Below the pieces are notes generated by a model. That model was not told the DNA's origin and did not search any database. It saw only the letters and a program-made list of their open reading frames with translations. From contig NC_086108.1 of assembly GCF_963921235.1 (NCBI RefSeq), positions 85,314,001 to 85,378,000 on the forward strand: a stretch of DNA of 64,000 bases. Direction: 5' to 3'. Within the stretch, counting starts at the first letter, position 1; every line of letters begins with the position of its first letter. This document shows positions 46,535 to 59,362 of this stretch, in pieces. The DNA is from Mobula hypostoma. Lineage: Eukaryota. The translations under genes were made by a program, and so were the position numbers.

Positions 46535-48455
46535 CAGTGGTGAGCTGTATGTCGCAGGGGTTGGTTCTGGGCCTGCAGTTGTTCACAATATGCATTAACA
46601 CTTTGGAAGAGGGGACCGAGTGTGGTGTATCTAAGTTTTAGATTAGATTAGATTAGATTAGATTCAACTTTATTGTCATTGTGCTGAGTACAGATACAAA
46701 GCCAATGAAATGCAGTTAGCATCTAACCAGAAATGCAAAGAACAGTGTTATTTACAAAATAACTGTGAATAAAAAGTAAGTGCTACAGTACACAAATATA
46801 AAAGTACTGAGACAGTACAACATGGGTGCAATACTGCTTAGCGCTGTGATGTGAGGTTCAGCAGGGTCACAACCTCAGGGAACAAGCTCTTCCTGTGCCT
46901 GCTGGTGCAGGAGTGGAGGCTCTTGTAGCGCCTACCGGATGGGAGGAGAGTAAAAAGTCCATGGTTATGGTGAGATGTATCCTTGATAATGCTTTTCGCC
47001 CTGCCCAGGCAGCGTTTATAGTAGATGTTCTCAATGGTAGGCAACTGGGTGCCGATAATCCGCTGGGCAGTTTTCACCACCCGCTGGAGTGCTTTGCGGT
47101 CCGATACGGGACAACTGTCATACCACACTGAGATGCAGTTGGTGAGTATGCTCTCAATGGTACAGCGGTAAAAGTCCGTCAGTATCCTGGGACTGAGATA
47201 GCTTTCTTGATACTCCACAGGAAATAAAGGCGCTGTTGTGCCTTTTTGATCAGGATGGAGGAGTTCAGAGACCAGGTGAGATCCTCGGAAATGTGGACAC
47301 CAAGGAATTTGAAGCTTGATACATGCTCCACTACAGCCTTGTTGATGTAGATGAGATGTGAGTGTGGCTCCTAGCATACCTGAAGTCCACAATGATCTCC
47401 TTGGCCTTCTGAGTGTTAAGGGCCAGGTTGTTGTCGGCACAACACGCAGCCAGATGCTGGACCTCATCCCTATAGGCTGTAGGCTGTCTCGTCATCTCCT
47501 CTGATCAGGCCAACCACCGTGGTTGCTGATGATACTAAATTGAGTGGAAAAGAAAATTGTGCAGAAGATACAAAGAGTTTGTAGAGGGATATAGATGGTT
47601 AACTGAATGGGCAAGGGTCTGACAGACGGAATACAATGATAGCAAATGCGAGTTCATCCACCTTGGAAAGAAAAATGGAAGAGCAGATTATTATTTAAAT
47701 TGTGAAAAATTGCAGCATGCTGCTGTGCAGAGGGAATTGGGAGTGCTTGTGCATGAATCACAAAAGGTTAGTTTGCAGGTGCAGCAGGCTGTCAAAAAGG
47801 CAAGTAGGATGTTGGCCTTGATTGCTAGAGGGATTGAATTTAGGAGCAGGGAGGTTATGTTGCAACTGTACAGGGTACCGGTGAGGCTGCACCTGGAGTA
47901 CTGCATGCAGTTCTGGTCTCCTTCCTTGAAGGAGGACATACTGGCTTTGGAGGCACTGCAGAGGAAGTTCACCAGGTTGATTTTAGAGATGAGGAGGTTA
48001 GACTATGAGGAAAGATTGAGTCGCCGAGGACTGTACTCACTGGAACTCAGAAGACGGAGAGGAGATCTTATAGAATCATATAAAATTATGAAAGGTATAG
48101 ATAAGATAGAGGCAGGAAAATTGTTTCCACTGATAGATAAGACTAGAACTAGGAGACATAGCCTCAAGATTCAGGGGAGTAGATTTAGGACAGAGATGAG
48201 GAAAAACTACTTTTCCCAGAGGGTGGTGAGTCTGTGGAATTCTCTGCCCAATGAAGCAGCGGAGGCTACCTTAGAAAATATATTTAAGACAAGGTTGGAT
48301 AGGTTTTTGTGTAGTGGGGAAATTAAGGGTTATTGGGAAAAGTCAGCTAGGTGGAGGTGAGTCATGGCCAGATCAGTCACTATCTTGTTGAATGGCGGGG
48401 CAGGCTCGACGGGCCAGATTGCCGACTCCTGCTCCTATTTCTTATATTTTTATGT
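46535..48455 (+). mobile_element. CR1 copy B inserted in copy A; its C-terminal ORF2 region (47710-48360, 216 aa) is open
   Basis: TSD aagggtt (46528-46534, 48456-48462); QGLVLG, SKF|ADDTK, LEYCMQFWSP, RRRRGDLIE. Confidence 0.9.
46639..47522 (-). mobile_element. Rex1-type LINE 3' part inserted in CR1 copy B
   Basis: FYRCTIESILTNCISVWY, LQRVVKTAQRIIG, LLPSGRRYKS (ORF 46838-47467); (aatct)n tail. Confidence 0.92.
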
Positions 48456-49077
48456 AAGGGTTAGATTGATCTTCGAGTAGGTTAAAAGGGTGGCACAACA
48501 CCATGCACCAAAGGGCTTATACTGTGCTGTAATGTTCCATGTTCTATCTCCAACATCACTTTGGTGTTCTTCCACTGCTAATCTAAGTTTCTGTACTTGG
48601 CCATTTGAAAGGAGAAAAGCATACAGATGAGGTTATCATCTGGGGGATGAAGAAGCTAGAGATGAGGTGAGGGATAAGAGGGCGGTGTGCAGTGCTGCTG
48701 GTAGTAGTGCGAAGGCTGGCTAGTTATAAGATTACAACTTTCAAGATTTAAATTTTATGAAGTCAGCCACAAACTCTGCACTAACTCTTCAAATAATAAT
48801 GGGCAGAAATACCTACTTTAAAGGGGTGAGAAAATAAAGACCATGTTTACGTCCTTCAGTTTGCTCCAGTCACATTCCATTTCATCTTGCAAGGGAAAGA
48901 ACAAATTATTAATGACTTTTCTAGCTGTCTTAGCTGAATAACTGGCAGTGTATTCCAGCTGTGAAACGTTTGCATAGACCACAAGGTTTATAGCATTTTT
49001 ACGTGTGCTAGAATAGATTGGTGAGATGTTATTGAGCATTTTATTTTTATTTATTTTATTTTATTTTATTTAGATAT

Positions 49078-49312
49078 ACAGTGTGAACAGATCTTTTTAG
49101 ACCAGTGAGCTGCATCGCCCAGCAACCCACTTATTTAACACTAGGCTCATCACAGGGTCAATCAACCAACTTAATCATGTCTTTCAACTGTGAGAAGAAA
49201 TTGCAGCACCCGGTAGAAACCCAAGAAGTTCACAGGGAGAATGTACGCCTTACAGACGGTGCTGGAATTGATCTCCGGTCTCTGAAACACCCTGAGCTGT
49301 AATCATGTTGCT
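49078..49312 (-). mobile_element. V-SINE-like copy
   Basis: Reverse complement gives accggagatcaattcc..ctgtaaggcgtacattctccctgtg..gggtttctaccgggtgctgcaatttcttctcaca. Confidence 0.6.
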
Positions 49313-51898
49313 CCTGTACATAAGAATACATTCAGGGTTTTGATCTGTGATTTCTGATATTGGCCAGTATGGCTGTCTAGCATTCTGGACTTCACTGACT
49401 TTTCACCTTCTCAGTGCAATGAAAATTGAATAGACCCTCGTCTCTATTTATTCACCACTTAATGGATTAGATTTGACTCTGAGAAATGTTCTTATGTTCT
49501 TTTTCACTTACTGTGCACTTCTCCTTTAAGATGTGTGAAAAGGTTTTAAGTATTACTGACTAGCTTAGAATGGTGCTAGCCATTCACAATATTGCCCCCT
49601 TGCTGATGAGTCTAGACAATCAATGATACGGTTCTCATTGGCTGGACATTTAAATCATTATGATATTCATGGTCCTCCAATTAGTCTGCTGTCTGGATTA
49701 TAATCAATGAACACAGGTTAATATCCACTGTAGGTCCTAGCCCCTTTTCTGGGTGCCTCTAATTGGCCCTCTTAAATTCGTGGTAATAGAAAATAGAAAT
49801 TTGATCTTAAACTTTAAAGTCAGCCAATTCCAAAGCGTAGGTCATGTTCATATATTTGGTTCTAAGTTTTATTTGACTTCCTGGCAATGTTGTATTAGAA
49901 GCAGACATGTGTATGCTCATAACATTACATTAACATCCACCAGAAAGACATTTTCTAATCTTACTGAGTGCTTCCAATCTTATTAAAATTTTACAAACTT
50001 TTAAACGCTGATCATCAGTACAAAAGTTGTCATGAATTATAGATAGTTTATGCATGTTGAGTGAGAAGATACTGAGATTTCTCTATATAAGCAAAAAAAG
50101 GATTACACAGTAATCCTCATGGTGCAGGAAACAAAGAGAATTACATCCAATTTTTGACCCAGTTAGAGTTTGATTTGGCAACCCAGCATTTAAATGACCA
50201 TAGAGTTTTATTTCCGAGGGGCCTACAATCATTCTTATTTTGCTTGTTAGCTTCCTAATGGTGTAATTGGTAAGATTTTTTTTAAAGGTCGGGAATGTTC
50301 AGCAATATTAATGGAGGGAATTAAAGTACTGAGGAGAAGGCCAGTTGGTGCTGCTAAATAGGTGCTGGAGTATCGGCCATCTCTTGGACTTGTCACCCAA
50401 GTTTCAATTCCATCAATTTTCCAGGAGACTCTGCTGAAAGATCTATTTTGCCTGATTTTCAAATTACTTGTGGTGGGGTGTTCATTTTCTTAAATTAGTT
50501 TTTTTCACTGAAGAAACTGGATTTAATGCATTCATTGCCTGGAAATACATTCCTGGTCAGCAACATGATACACGCTTTAAGGCGGTGTCAGCGCTTTCTT
50601 TCTTTGCCTTTGAGATTCATTTAATTAATGTCAATAAATGGAGTTTTTAGAGTTGGAATATAATGCATTGATGGATGTTGTGCTATAGAATAAAGAAGTG
50701 TTTTTGGCGTGTGATTTTTTTAAGATACACAGGAAATTACTTTGCTATTGAAAATATAATGTTAGATTTATGAGTTGATAAATTTTAACAGCCAATTTCT
50801 GATAATAATTGATTATGATACATTGACTTACATAGAAAAAAAGTTATGATTTTGTACCGACAATCATCTCACAGCAATTATATTTCTGCATTATTATGAG
50901 GAACAATTTTTGAACATTTGCGTGTCATTATTAACATGTGTGCGAAACACGATATTAGTGATATGGTTCAATTCAAATCCCATGCCCTCTATTTTAAATC
51001 TCCCCTACCATGGGGAAAAGTCTGTGATCATCTACCTTATTCATATCCCTCATCTTTTATATAACTCTAGAAGGTCACCCCTCAACCTCCTGTGCTCTAG
51101 GGAAAATGTCTGACGCTATCTAGCCTCTCCTTATAATTCAAAATTCTGATTCAGATTCCATGCTTTATATTATTCTCAATGTATAAATTCAACTAAGACC
51201 AAAATAAAGAAGGTACAGTATACTGGATTAGAACACTATCCTTCTTCAACATTGAATTTGAAAGCGGTCCAGACTTAAGTAAGCTCTATCTATTGTCGGG
51301 TGTCTATGCAGCAACAGTTAGTTCAACATCTATCATCGCAAACCATGTCACCTAGTACACTCAACAGTATCTTTCGAAACCATGACCCCTATCACCATTA
51401 GCAACAAGGGAAGGGGGTTACAAGAATGCCATCAACTCCCCTCCAAGTTGTACATTATCTTGACTGGGAAATATATTGCCATCCTGTCGTGGGCACTGGA
51501 TCTACATCCTGCAACACACTGCACAACAATGTTGTGCAGTACTTTCGCCAGAAATTCTACATTTGTTCAAGGAAGCAATTCAGGACCAGGGATAGTTAGG
51601 AACAGGCATTGTACGCTGGTCTTGCAGGTGAAACTCAAGTTCTTGAAGTGAAGAAAAAACTCCTAGTGCTCACTGCACAAAATTTCAGGTTCTGATTTTT
51701 TTAGGGGATGGTATAGAGCCTGAGTAGTTGGATAGGAATATGCAAAAAAAAAAATCTTGGGATATTTTTAGTCTGAGTTTGGGTTGATATGTACTACAAC
51801 AACTTGTGAATAATTCTTCTCTAGTACTTGCCAACCTTGGGGCCTCTCATGCACTTACTTTATAAATTACCTTGGATTACCCATCAACATCATCATCA

Positions 51899-54800
51899 TC
51901 AGTAGCCATGCCCAGTTTGAGCTTTGACTGCCATGGCCCACACACTCCTGTTTCGGCTCAAGTGGATCAATTCATTGGTATTCATTTCCAGTTCTCTGGC
52001 TGCTGTCTCCATCATCATTTGTCTTTGTCTTCCTCTTGCTTTCTTCCCTTCAATCTTTCCCATAATTACCACGCATTCTAACTCCTCTTTCCTAATCACA
52101 TGTCCAATGAAGTTACGTTGCCTTTTCATGATCTCTTACATTATTTCTCTTTTTGCGTTTGCTCTTTTCATGACAACCTCGTTAGATATTAGTTTCATTC
52201 GTGATATTCTTTGCATCCTCCTCAAAAACCACATTTCTGCTGCTACAATTCGTTTCCTCATGTTACTAGATATTGTCCAACATTCTGAGCCATATAACAT
52301 AACTGGATAAACATAACATTTCAGTACTCTGAGGCGGGTTGTCATGCCTAGTTTAGTATTGGTCAGTATACTCTTCATTCTCATAAAGGTGTCTTTTGCC
52401 ATCCCTATTCTTCTTTTGATGTCCAAGTCACACCTGCCATCTGATGTCACCCAGCTTCCTAAGCAGCAAAAGTTCTGTACTTGTTTTATGTCTTCCCCAT
52501 TTATTCTCAGCCTGCAAATAGAATTCTCCTTTTTTTTGGATATCACCATATATTCTGTCTTTTTGCAATTGATAGATAGACCCATTTTTGCACATCCTTC
52601 AACAATTATATCAATTAAGTTTTGTAGTTCTTCCTCCGTACTTGCAATTAATACAGTGTCATCTGCATATCTGAAATTATTGATGTTCTCACCGCCAACT
52701 TTGATTCCCAAGATGTCTCTTATTTTTTGTAATATTGTTTCACTGTACACATTAAATAAATCAGGAGAGAAAACAGACCCTTGTCTAACGCCTCTCTTGA
52801 TTTTTGTAAACTGACTCACTTCTCCATCTATTCTTACAGTGGCAGTTTGTTCCCAGTACAGATTTCTGATTAGGCGGAGGTCTTTCGAATGTAGATCTAG
52901 AGTTTCCTGCAATATTTCAAATAACTTATTGTGCTTCACTTTATCAATTGCTTTTGAGTAGTCGATAAAACAAACAAACAAATCTTTTTGCACTTGGATA
53001 GTTCATTCTGATAGTATCCTTAACATCAATATTGCATTTCTTGTACCTTTGTCTTTCACAAAACCACATTGTTCTTCGCCTATTTCAGCTTGTATCTTAC
53101 TTTTAGCTCTTGTCATCAAAAATCTTAGAAATATCTTGGAGATATGACTCATTAAACTTATGGTCCTATGTAATTCACATTCTATTGCTCCAGCTTTCTT
53201 AGGAAGAGTGATAAATACTGATTTTTTCATCTCTTCTGTTATTATTCCAGTCTCATAAATGTCATTGATTAAATCAGTAAGTTTTTCAATTCCATAATCT
53301 TCAAGGGCAATAATTTGTTCTATTACCAATTCATCAGGACCTGCTGCCTTTCCTTTCTTCGTCTTATTTATTGCATTACGAACTTCAGATTTTAAAATAC
53401 TTGGACATTCAATGTTTTTCTTAATTTCTGGTTTTTCGCCTCGATCGTCTTCAAACAATTCCTGAATATACTCAGTCCATCTGTTCATAGTCTCATCTTT
53501 TTCCATGATAATGGTACCGTCCTTTGCTTTCAAACATCCATCTGAAGAACAGAGGAGTTTTTTACCAGTGAGATTCTTGATTGTTGATGTAACCTTTTTG
53601 GATCAGTAATAGGGATTCTTTCTATTTGCTCACATTCCTGGTTTAACCATTCTTCTTTGGCTCTTTGACATAAGCTTTTAATTTTTTTTATCTAAGGACT
53701 TATATTCTACAGGATTTGCTTTCTTCCTTCTCCTTCTTCCATTAGATTTTTGATTTCATCTGCCATCCATTTATTCTTTGTGCTTTTTTCTTTTTTAGGA
53801 ATCACTGCCTTTGCCGATTCTACCAAGGCATTCTTCAGAGTTAAATTTCATTTCTACATGATTGCTATCATCTTCAACAGATTCTATTTCTAGACTTTGA
53901 AATCTATTCCTTAATTCAATTGTAAATTTTTGTTTTAAGTTTTCATCTTTAATTAATTGCAAGTAGTCAAGGGATTGTTCAGGTATTTGCTTCTTTAGTT
54001 TTTTAAGTTTTACTTTTACATGACATACTACTGGGTTATGGTCACTATTACAGTCTGCACCTGGATATGTTTTGCATTAAGTCACTGAGTTTCTAAATCT
54101 TTGGTTTATAGTATGTGACGCCAAACAAAGCTATCGGACGATAAATGCTAATGAGAGAGATAAGAAAGACAATGGAGAAACATTCAAAATGCTAATAAGA
54201 GTGAAGAGAGGGATTAACAGAAAAGAAACACAATTCAGAATATTGACAGACCGGTTACTTTGAACCTGAACTGTTTGAAGTTTGATGGACAGGTGATACC
54301 CCAGCAGGGGGATAAAAAGAGCAGGTTCGCTAAGGCATGCGACACACCACGACACCACGAGACAACGAGACCCTGGAAAGAGCGGTGTGCCCCCACAAGT
54401 GGTGAGAGTTTGGAGGTCCAGTTCGCGGGAACCGACCAGAGGCTCACAGGGTGTAAAGGTACGGTCGGTGGGAACCTGGGGTGTGTGTCCGCCCTTGCCT
54501 GGGTGCTGGGTTCACCGTGGAAGAACGAATGTATCCAGAATGGAGGGGTCACAGTCGGTGACCACAGCGGGATAGAAGACATAAAAGGGTCGGCCCGAAA
54601 CCAACTGCAAAGACATCAAAGGTCTGCCTGATCCAAATTGCATCCCTCTCTCTCTCTCTCTCTCTCTCTCCAACGGTACCACAACAGCGATTACTGCGAA
54701 CTGCACTAAACTGAACTGAACTCTGCGTCACTTAAGACTGGTCATTTTACCCCTAGACTGCGATAGAGCTTGGTTGATTCCTATTACCCTAGTTCTGTGT

Positions 54801-55600
54801 ATATGTGTGTATTATCATTGCTAACCTGTCACATTTATATCCTTACGATTAGAGTACTGTATTACTTAGTTCTTTAATAAAACTTTATTCGTTCCTGGTA
54901 ATCCAGACTCCAACAAGTGTGCAATTTCTGCTGGTTTGGCAACCCAGTTACGGGGTACATAACAAGTAATAAAGTCAATTTGATGTCTAGTGTTATCACC
55001 TGGACTTTTCCAGGTCCACAAGCATCTTGGATGGTTTTTAAAGTAGGTATTCATAATGACCTGATTATTCATCTTGCACCATTCTACCCATTTCTCACCT
55101 CTTTCATTTCTTTCCCCTAGTCCTAATTTTCCAATGGTATTTCCATCAGCTCCTTGTCCTACTTTAGCACTTAGATCTCCCATGACAATAACAATATCTT
55201 GAGATCTGCATCCATTCTTTGCTTGTTCAAGCTCTTCATAGAATTTATCTATATCCTCATTTGTTCCATCTGTTGTTGGTGCATATACCTGTATAATTGC
55301 TAAATCAAATGGTTGTCCTCTGAATCTAACAAGGAGCATTCTTTCTGATATTGCCCAATATCCTAAAACACTTTTTGCCATGTTTTCATCCTTAAGCATT
55401 CCTACTCCATTAGTATGGGATGTTTCACAAGAATAAACTAGTGTTTTATTTCTAATCTAACATGTTCCAGCACCTATCCAATAAACTTTGCTAATTCCCA
55501 TGATGTTAATCTTTGGTCTTTCCATTTCATTTATCACATTGTCCAATCTTCCTGCTTGATATAGGGTTCTTACATCCCAAGTGGCAATAATTTTCTTTTG
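51899..55600 (-). pseudogene. RTE endonuclease-reverse transcriptase ORF, frameshifted and split by a solo LTR
   Basis: ATWDVRTL, QVYAPT, MGDLSAKVG, QIDFI, KAAGPD, RTISLMSH, EQCGF, FIDY.KA.D, GVRQG, RYADD, MLYGSECWT. Confidence 0.92.
54114..54964 (+). mobile_element. Solo LTR (851 bp; Gypsy or ERV1 class)
   Basis: TGT..ACA termini, 4-bp TSD agta (54110-54113, 54965-54968), (ct)n at 54645-54669, AATAAA near 54876. Removing it restores RTE QIDFITINQRFRN. Confidence 0.9.
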
Positions 55601-56184
55601 TGTTACTTGAATTTTATGAGCAGTAGCTTGATGACGGTCGGGGATCCCCTGCTAGCCAGAATCAACCCTACCGAGCGAAGCATCTTCAGAATTGTCTTGA
55701 AGATCCTCTTGACGCTGCTGTTTTGTGATACATTTTGTGAGTTTGACCATGGTTTTCTTAGCAAATTGCAACGGTGGTTTGCTATTACCTACCGTTGGGC
55801 GAACTAAAGAAATCACCATTTCTCTTCCCAAATGTTCATCAGCCTGTACTATAGCCGTTGACATTTGAGGTCCTAGCTCATCCGCCTTCTCCGTCATAAA
55901 TTCAGTTACTGAACCTGCCGGATCTCCCGTTGGCCTTTGCTCGTATCCTGAGCAGGAACCCTTGCAGGTGCTACCATTCTGGGTCAGAGCGGCCTTGGGA
56001 GCAATAAATGACTAAGGGGTAACTCTACTTTCCCCAAAGCTCTGAAAGTCCCCAATCAGAGCCTCGTCACCGGTTGCAGTTTAGAGTCATGCCCAGGACT
56101 GTTGGGGCCTCTACCAGCTGGAAAAAAACAATAACAGGAGGTGTTTTAGGCTTATCTAACTCTTAAGTTCTCCTCCAAATCACA

Positions 56185-56625
56185 AAGGTTTTACTGGGAC
56201 TGGAGGTCTTGAGTTATAAGGGGAGGCTAGATCGGCTGGGACCTGTTCCCTGCAGCATGGGAGGTTGAAAGATGACTTTATAGAGGTACTGTATATAAAA
56301 TATGAGGGATATGGATAAGGAGGATGGTCACACTGTAGTAGAGTTTAAAAATAGAGGGATAAGATTTAATGTAAGAAAGAAAAGATTTAACAGGGACCTG
56401 AGGGCAACTTTTTTCACACAGGAAGTAGTAGGAATATGGAACAAGTGGACAGAGCTGAGTACAATTACAATTTATAAAAGACATTTTGATTGGTATATGG
56501 ATAGAAGAGGCCTTAGTAATAGACAAAATGGAGGCTAGAGGAACTAGCTCATACAGACATCTTGGTCAGCAAAGACAAGTTGAGCTGAGGGTCTGTTTCT
56601 GAGCTGTATATAGCTATGATTGTAC
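56185..56625 (+). mobile_element. Old CR1 3' fragment
   Basis: RGIRFNVRKKRFNRDLRATFFTQEVVGIWN (ORF 56302-56538). Confidence 0.75.
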
Positions 56626-56635
56626 GAAGTCCTTA

Positions 56636-56940
56636 AGGTGGCACAGTGGCATGTCAGTAGAATTGCTGCCTCACATCTCCCGTGACCTGGGTTCAATTCT
56701 GATTTCCGGTGCTGTCTGTGTGGAGTTTGCAGACTTTCCCTGTGACTGTAGTGATTTCCCCAGGTCCTCTGGTATCCTTCCATGTCATAGGATGGTTAAC
56801 TGGACATTGTAAATTGCCTGGAATGAAATGAGTGGTAGAAGCTGGGGGAAGTCATAAGAATATAAGAGAATGATATTTGTGTAGGATTAGTATAAACAGA
56901 TGCTGGATGGTTTATACTTACAGATCAATCTCTGATACTA
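56636..56940 (+). mobile_element. V-SINE-like tRNA SINE
   Basis: tggcacagtgg A-box, ctgggttcaattc B-box, ctgtgtggagtttgca..ccctgtg V-domain. Confidence 0.75.
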
Positions 56941-58255
56941 TCTCTTTATTTAAGTCCCACACCATTCTGCCTTTGACATATATTCCTGTATTCCCACCAT
57001 CTCTGGATTTAACTAATGGAATTCCCTAATTAAAGACTTTATTGTGCACACCTTCATCATATGTAGCACCTCAAGAAAGTAGCTCATCACATCTTCTATG
57101 GGACATTTATGGATGAACAATTAATATTGGCCTTGCCAGTTCTCCCAGTATCACATGAGTCAATATAACAACAACATTATGATTCCCTGTATCAATAACA
57201 TTCAAAATGCAAATTGTCCTTCTGATAGTTAGCATAGATACTGAAACTTGGAAGGAACTTGACAAAAAACATTCAAAGTGTCTGCAGGTGGTATCAGTAG
57301 GAAAGAGGAACAGAGTTATTACTAGCAAGAGTCTGACAGAGGGTGAGACCCTTTATGCTGGGGGTCTGCAGAAGATAACAATGATAGGAATTTTGAAAAT
57401 CAGATCAAGCAGGCATTTTAAATCATAAACTGGAGAGTGAGTATAGTCAAGTCTCTGTAGTACCGTATCTTCTCATTTGGTATTAACAATATCCTGTTTA
57501 CCTGGGCCAGAGACAGAACGACACAAATGCCTATCATGAAGTTTACTTATTGGATCCCCTTAAGTGATTCCAGCAGGTCAATTGGACTCGTAGCAGCTGG
57601 GGTGTAGCAGGAGGGGGCTGTGTCCTTGTCGGCCCAAACTCCCAGAAAGCACTTGTTTGGGGATCTCAGTGGCCTATTCTGTTGATGTTACTGCAGGAAG
57701 TCTTCATTAGAATCTGTGCAATCATGAGTCAAAAGTACCGTGTGCTGATTATCTGAAGACAAGTGAATGGAAGACATTTGTTATGCCTTAAGATGAACTT
57801 CTTTATGGCCTTCGTGGTTGGGTCTAGAGAAGGATTTTCTAAAACGGTTAAAAAGTAATTGATATGAAAGTTGATGGGATGTTTTTAATGCTTATTGAGG
57901 ACGGGAGTGGGGGAGAAAATGACAAGTACTATTATGTAGGAGAAGTTTTGCTTAGGTTCTTGGCTCGAGGGAGTGAGAAGCTAAATGGAGCCATTGAACC
58001 ATGAGCTAATTATTCACAATTCTGTCTGTAAGACATTGCTTTTCATACAGAATCAAAGCTTATAGCATTAAAGGCCAACTGGGCTGTCTTGAAAAACCAG
58101 CAGTTGTAATGTTGCTTCCTGATTTTTTTTTATAAGTTTGATAAAAAAATTTTCAGATTATTATTATTTATGGAATAAAATCTTTTCAGACTGAATAGTC
58201 TGCATTCTAGCTTCTCTGAGAGTGAAAATATTTCCACTCATTTTTCCTTCAGATT

Positions 58256-59052
58256 TTTCAAAGGTTTCAAAGATACATTTAATGTATACAATATACATCC
58301 TGAAATGCTTTTTCTTCACAACCATCCATGAAAACAGAGGAGTGCCCCAAAGAATGAACAACAGTTAAATGTTAGAACCCCAAAGTCCCCCCATCTCCCC
58401 TCCTTCCTGTACGTAAGCGTCAGCAAGCAACAATCCCCCCTCCTCCCACGGGAAAAAAACCATTGGCACCCGCCACTGAGCACTCAGCATGAGCAAAGCA
58501 ACAGCAAAGACACAGACTTGCAGTTATCCCAGACTTTGCGTTTCACCCAGTATTGAACATACCACAGGCTCTCTTTCTCCCTAATAAGGGAAAAAGGGGT
58601 GTCTCCATTTTCCCAGTGAGCGGGGATATGTAACGAACAACTCGCTGGTTTATGATGTTAAAAGTCCGTTGCATTTTTTTCCGAGCTCTGGGCCCAAAGA
58701 TCTGGACACACAGCCGTAAATATTCTGACTGCCCCGACAATACACAGGTCTCCTGCTATGACACTGGCCTTCGATCCACCCGTCTCCAGAGCCCTGAGAT
58801 CCCAGGCCTCCAAAGCCAAGCTGGACTCTTAGGCGGAGCCCTTGGCGTGCCGAACAACAAGAGCCGGTTATGAAACCCTGAGAGAGGTCCCATTCCCGCA
58901 AAGAACCGTAGTCAGCGTGTAACTCCAGGTCAGGGTCTTCAAAAGAACCCTGAAAGGGAAAAATAAAGACATTAATAATGGAAATAGAGCTGTTACTGAA
59001 GATGTGAGCAAAGGAGTAGCCTTTTAGTGCCATTATCACTCTGCTCCACCTC
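58256..59052 (-). mobile_element. Non-coding non-LTR-type element (probably a Rex1-mobilised bipartite element)
   Basis: GC/CpG-richer than the flanks; minus-strand 3' end attaaatgtatctttgaaacctttgaa is a short tandem tail; no coding motif. Confidence 0.45.
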
Positions 59053-59179
59053 CGAATTCTTTTGCCAAACATCCATAACTTCTAACATTGACTTATTGAT
59101 GAGTCACCAAACACCGAAAAATTGAGAGGGAAGGTTTGCTTTTAGATGTATGGAAACTCAAGTGGGCTCCTCAGCTTCC

Positions 59180-59362
59180 ACAAACACAAGAATATCTGCA
59201 GGTACTGGAAACCCAAAGCAACACACACAAAATGCTGGAGGAACTCGGCAGGTCAGACAGCATCTATGGAGAAGAGCAAACAGTCAGCGTTTTGGACTGA
59301 GACCCTTCATCGAGACTCATGATGCTGCCTGACCCGATGAATTTCTCCAGCATTTTGTGTGT
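59180..59362. mobile_element. Mini fold-back Penelope derivative
   Basis: Inverted arms around a degenerate hammerhead; TSD gctcc(tc/tt)agcttcc at 59166-59179 and 59363-59376 (13/14 match). Confidence 0.85.

Larger units (their letters stand above)
45733..48548 (+). mobile_element. CR1 copy A (45733-46534 plus 48463-48548), host of a nested stack
   Basis: ADDTKV, EKCEVIHFG, LYKTLV.PPLEYCVQF; its 3' UTR resumes after the aagggtt duplication. Confidence 0.85.
51848..56101 (-). mobile_element. Apparently full-length RTE-clade LINE (5' UTR, APE, RT, short 3' UTR), decayed
   Basis: Single APE-RT region; (gat)n run at the stop codon; 11-bp flanking repeat ttggggcctct (51837-51847, 56102-56112). 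Confidence 0.9.

Noticed and set aside
48845..48905. Small minus-strand exon (cccttgcaag..gtaaac)
   Set aside because: Weak splice sites, an unrecognised peptide and no partner exons.
54131..54731. Overlapping ORFs in the solo LTR as an accessory or env gene
   Set aside because: GC-rich LTR sequence is open in several frames on both strands, with no signal peptide, transmembrane segment or known motif.
56636..56710. tRNA gene
   Set aside because: A and B boxes are present, but there is no cloverleaf and it continues into a SINE body. The same applies at 44682 and 42440-42510.
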